A stretch of DNA of 64,000 nt from a bacterium. Its GTDB lineage: Bacteria > Zhuqueibacterota > Zhuqueibacteria > Residuimicrobiales > Krinioviventaceae. The notes beneath the pieces are model-generated. The model saw only the letters and a program-made list of their open reading frames with translations. It was not told the DNA's origin and searched no databases. Each line of letters starts with the position of its first letter. Position 1 is the stretch's first letter. Both the position numbers and the translations under genes were made by a program. Location: positions 1,472,001 to 1,536,000 of the forward strand of contig CAXXMD010000003.1 in the NCBI GenBank assembly GCA_963675755.2, read 5' to 3'. Shown in pieces: positions 61,801 to 64,000 of this stretch.

Positions 61801-64000
61801 GCGGTTCATTGCAACCCCGCAGTGTTTTTCCGGGAACAGCAGCCGATTTTCAGGTTAGCGTTAGCAACTCTGGTGGTGCCACTGTTCAACTGGATGAAGA
61901 ACAAACCACAATAGAGTTTAGTGATGCAGTTAACGGCGGCAGCCATGTTTTTTCTGCCACCCTGGATCCCGGTTATGGAACCACCATTGGTCCCGGAACC
62001 ACAACATTGCATTTTAACAGCAAGAATGTTCCTTCAGAATTTATATCTAATGACAGCTATCCTGTAACGATTTCACTGAATGGTGTTGAAAACGGCAGTG
62101 TTTATACTCGTTCACTTACACCAGGCAGCGATCTGGTAACCGTTGGTGAACCGGGAGATTTGACTGTTACCGGAATTCGCACCAGTACCGGCTCTGTCAC
62201 GGTTGGCCAGACCAACAGCTGGACGGCGGTGATAACTGTTGAGAATAACGATATCAGTGATATGCGTTTGCAGGATGTATCACTGGCTTTTAATTACAGT
62301 ACAGATGATGTAACCAATTATTTTACTTATACGCCTGCTACCACATTTTTAGGTAGCGGCACCGCAGTGCTGGCAAGTGATGGCCGGGACTCGATCAATG
62401 TAACCATCAGTGCCGTTTCTGCCAATGCACCCACTGGAGCCATTCTGGTTTCCACCGAAGTGAGCATGGTTGATGTAAATGATGCGGGTCGACAATTTAC
62501 TGATCAATTGTACAATGCTGCACAGATCATGTCACAGTCTCCGGCGGATATAGTTGTGAACAGTATCCGTTCAAGTCAGCCTACTATTACCCGTGGTCAA
62601 ACCGTACCATGGACTATTACAGCCAAAGTAACCAATACCGGACAAAGTGAGGTTCAACTCCGTACCGGTAGTCTGATTAATTTCAGCCGCGGCAATCAGT
62701 ATTTTACAGTTACCGCACCTACAGCGTTTAGTGGTAACGGTACAGCTAACCTGGTTGGCGGTGGCGTTGATAGTCTGGTCTTTACCGTAACCAACGTAAG
62801 CAGTTCCGTGTCTGTGGGGCCGTTTACCGTAAATGCAACAATACTTACAGACGAGTTGAACACCGGTCGGGATATACAAGACCAGTCAAGTTCAATATCT
62901 TTGAGTATTCAGGAAAATGCCAGCATCCGTATAGACAATGTATTTGCAGATTTGCGATCAAATACACTGGTTAACACAAACCAGGAATTTTATGTTCAGG
63001 CCCAGGTCAGCAATGTTGGTGGAAGTAACGGCGACATGGTTGAGTCTCTGGTTATTGATTTTACAGCTCAAAATAACGGTATTACCTTTCCTAATGGTAA
63101 TACGGTAACGCTTGATTCGGTTGATGTAAATCAATCCAAAATTACTACGCCGGGTATTCTGGTAAGAGCGCCCAACTTGTCCAACTTTAGAGATGTTGTG
63201 ATTGGTAATATTTCAAGTGCCATTGCAAGAAACACCGGCCAGTCTGCAAATATCGAATCACCACTCGATAACAGTGCCGAGTTTACTACACAAAATCCCG
63301 GTAATTTGGATGTGTTGAATGTAACAACAGAAAACGATACCATTGTTTCAGGCACACAGGCGCCATGGGCAATCAATGTTACCGTATCCAATACAGGCAC
63401 CGGTACAATTCTGCTCAAAAAACCACAGGATACCGATATCTCGATTAATCGTGAAGGTTATGTGATCAAGGCTTCTGAAATCTGGTCAGATTCTCTGTTA
63501 ACAGCGGGTGAAACCCAGGTATTGAATTACACGGTAACCAACACTCCTTCAGTGAGTGGAATCTTTACGGTTACTGCAAATATTCGTGCGCAAGACTGGA
63601 ATGATCCATCCATTTCAACCTTCACAGAATCAGGACAAACCCAGGTCTACTTTACAAAGACCTCAGCTGTAGGTATTACCGAAACTTATATTGATCCTGC
63701 AACACCGAACATTGATGAAGAGGGAGTAGGATTGGTTAATACCGGACAAACATTTAATGTTCGGGTAAAAATTGAAAACAAAGCAGACCAGGGACTTGAT
63801 TCCGTTCGGGTTAGGCTGTTATCTCAGCTCTCATCCGTGCAGGGTGAAATTCTGGTTGAAAATATTGGTTTTGGTGAAGATAAAGAAGGTGTATTTACCG
63901 TTATTGCAGATGATGCCCAAAACCTTGTTGGTGAAAAACTGAGATCCGAAATTGTTTATGCTTATGGACAGGACGGAACACAGTCCAAGATATCTCAGGC
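58839..64000 (+). CDS. giant secreted Thr-rich surface protein with tandem Ig-like (Big/CARDB-like) domains, at least 1720 codons, truncated by the window edge
   Basis: Absent from the ORF track, consistent with no stop inside the window. GTG start after GAGG; MKTKTRIYIGLFVLLFAVQTFA signal peptide. The same frame reads open at the segments I translated, including the last codons (..AYGQDGTQSKISQ). Confidence 0.85.
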   Translation, partial: MKTKTRIYIGLFVLLFAVQTFASIVTLDITPSDTEYGQQALYELQYTAAQPGQVISSTDWFEFTFTSEFNLAYLTAITFPNTNPESYGGFEPTWNFVNNASGQQTIRVRRDGTGTTIDPGDQVTIYLSMITNPENPTPVDQISFATYKDSDATDSNPFSDPVDQSNPTTVVLQGPIVSFDLYTAAASITAGSAFPLQVINAVDGHGNPAGIPAAIPADNVNERTVRIELTSDQTAPDGTAPVVADIIVENGTGSAGQTLYNAATNVQFVGTLLTDPTVTDNINITTVNNAAVDHLEMTGYPATIDATDTFPNPVVVTAQDVYNNTVTNYTGTVSFTTTSTRYTLPNAYTFVSGDLGQRSFSGIRLQDSGNQTITVNDGTRSTTSDIIVVNGGNLALFTFGVSPALAIAGEPVTLSITGAQDASGNPLNESFTLAFDDAGSHTSPNGETPVLPSVLNVVNGSGSVQINLFNAELSLTINATANSITRSVNFDVQPGSLEEFDLAGVPVSVDSGATFTNAITVTALDDFGNVKTNYTGTVQFTSTDTKVEVDLPSSTTLFNGVRAFPGADFSLHTVGNQTITVADISAGVATESNYIQVKSIPTDIEIVSITPSQTTVTQGQTADWTVAIVVRNNSTTTPIQLSSNSTQSYIQFKRGTVDTGYDITGPTGTFSIPATGTTTLTYTVSETGTMTGTLDIFARVATISGDHTTSTLDEVYSGVEVQTPENIQIVSATPSQPEVVAGDDTHSWTVEVEVENTGGSTVDFDFSRTSLVSSAQVTHTRPSAFTDLSTTLAPDESKTMVFTVTENGSTTGTHNLNVRLSYQVQNTLEVKEPTVSSGASVDVVSASNLQITDITPSRTTISIGSSTEWDITVDLSNNGGSDVEIDLTQAYTWIKFYSASAQELNDVDLTWPTELEIAGGTTLAAGSTDQLIFHVTSNTFTSGTMNIVGRVQGTEANRSLVISDVTVANDGVSGTVVMQTPPNVTYVSGSLQPRSVFPGTAADFQVSVSNSGGATVQLDEEQTTIEFSDAVNGGSHVFSATLDPGYGTTIGPGTTTLHFNSKNVPSEFISNDSYPVTISLNGVENGSVYTRSLTPGSDLVTVGEPGDLTVTGIRTSTGSVTVGQTNSWTAVITVENNDISDMRLQDVSLAFNYSTDDVTNYFTYTPATTFLGSGTAVLASDGRDSINVTISAVSANAPTGAILVSTEVSMVDVNDAGRQFTDQLYNAAQIMSQSPADIVVNSIRSSQPTITRGQTVPWTITAKVTNTGQSEVQLRTGSLINFSRGNQYFTVTAPTAFSGNGTANLVGGGVDSLVFTVTNVSSSVSVGPFTVNATILTDELNTGRDIQDQSSSISLSIQENASIRIDNVFADLRSNTLVNTNQEFYVQAQVSNVGGSNGDMVESLVIDFTAQNNGITFPNGNTVTLDSVDVNQSKITTPGILVRAPNLSNFRDVVIGNISSAIARNTGQSANIESPLDNSAEFTTQNPGNLDVLNVTTENDTIVSGTQAPWAINVTVSNTGTGTILLKKPQDTDISINREGYVIKASEIWSDSLLTAGETQVLNYTVTNTPSVSGIFTVTANIRAQDWNDPSISTFTESGQTQVYFTKTSAVGITETYIDPATPNIDEEGVGLVNTGQTFNVRVKIENKADQGLDSVRVRLLSQLSSVQGEILVENIGFGEDKEGVFTVIADDAQNLVGEKLRSEIVYAYGQDGTQSKISQ

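Noticed and set aside
59269-63418. Short ORFs listed on both strands in the last 5 kb
   Set aside because: Shadows of the single long plus-strand reading frame starting at 58839.

Overview
Bacterial chromosomal window that appears to contain the replication origin. The gene content (Gram-negative envelope proteins, sulfatase, PL8 lyase, DUF4159/DUF4175 cluster) suggests an anaerobic FCB-group or KSB1/Calditrichota-like organism; this taxonomy is inference. Left part (1-18 kb), accessory genes mostly on the minus strand: PL8 lyase fragment, small diheme cytochrome lipoprotein, Tat-exported oxidoreductase and sulfatase, two paralogous CapK/PaaK-like ligases, an HTH + nucleotidyltransferase pair with tandem palindromic operators, a gluzincin peptidase, GlpF, GT4, an FG-GAP lipoprotein and dgt. 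At about 17.85-18.27 kb is a putative oriC (DnaA boxes, DnaA-trios, AT-rich unwinding element) beside tRNA-Phe, with no dnaA in the window. All protein genes to the right are on the plus strand: nifJ/PFOR, DHOD-like, rpmH-rnpA-yidD-yidC-mnmE-mnmG (frameshifted), two perfect parS sites, rsmG, mfd, three parvulin PPIases, a coupled DUF4159/DUF4175-like/TPR/GATase-like envelope module, yjbQ, ftsEX, hrcA-grpE-dnaJ, comEA with pilin/PilM-like genes, rsmD-coaD-pta-aspC, and a giant secreted Ig-repeat protein that runs off the end. All family calls come from motif recognition by eye; no database searches were run.
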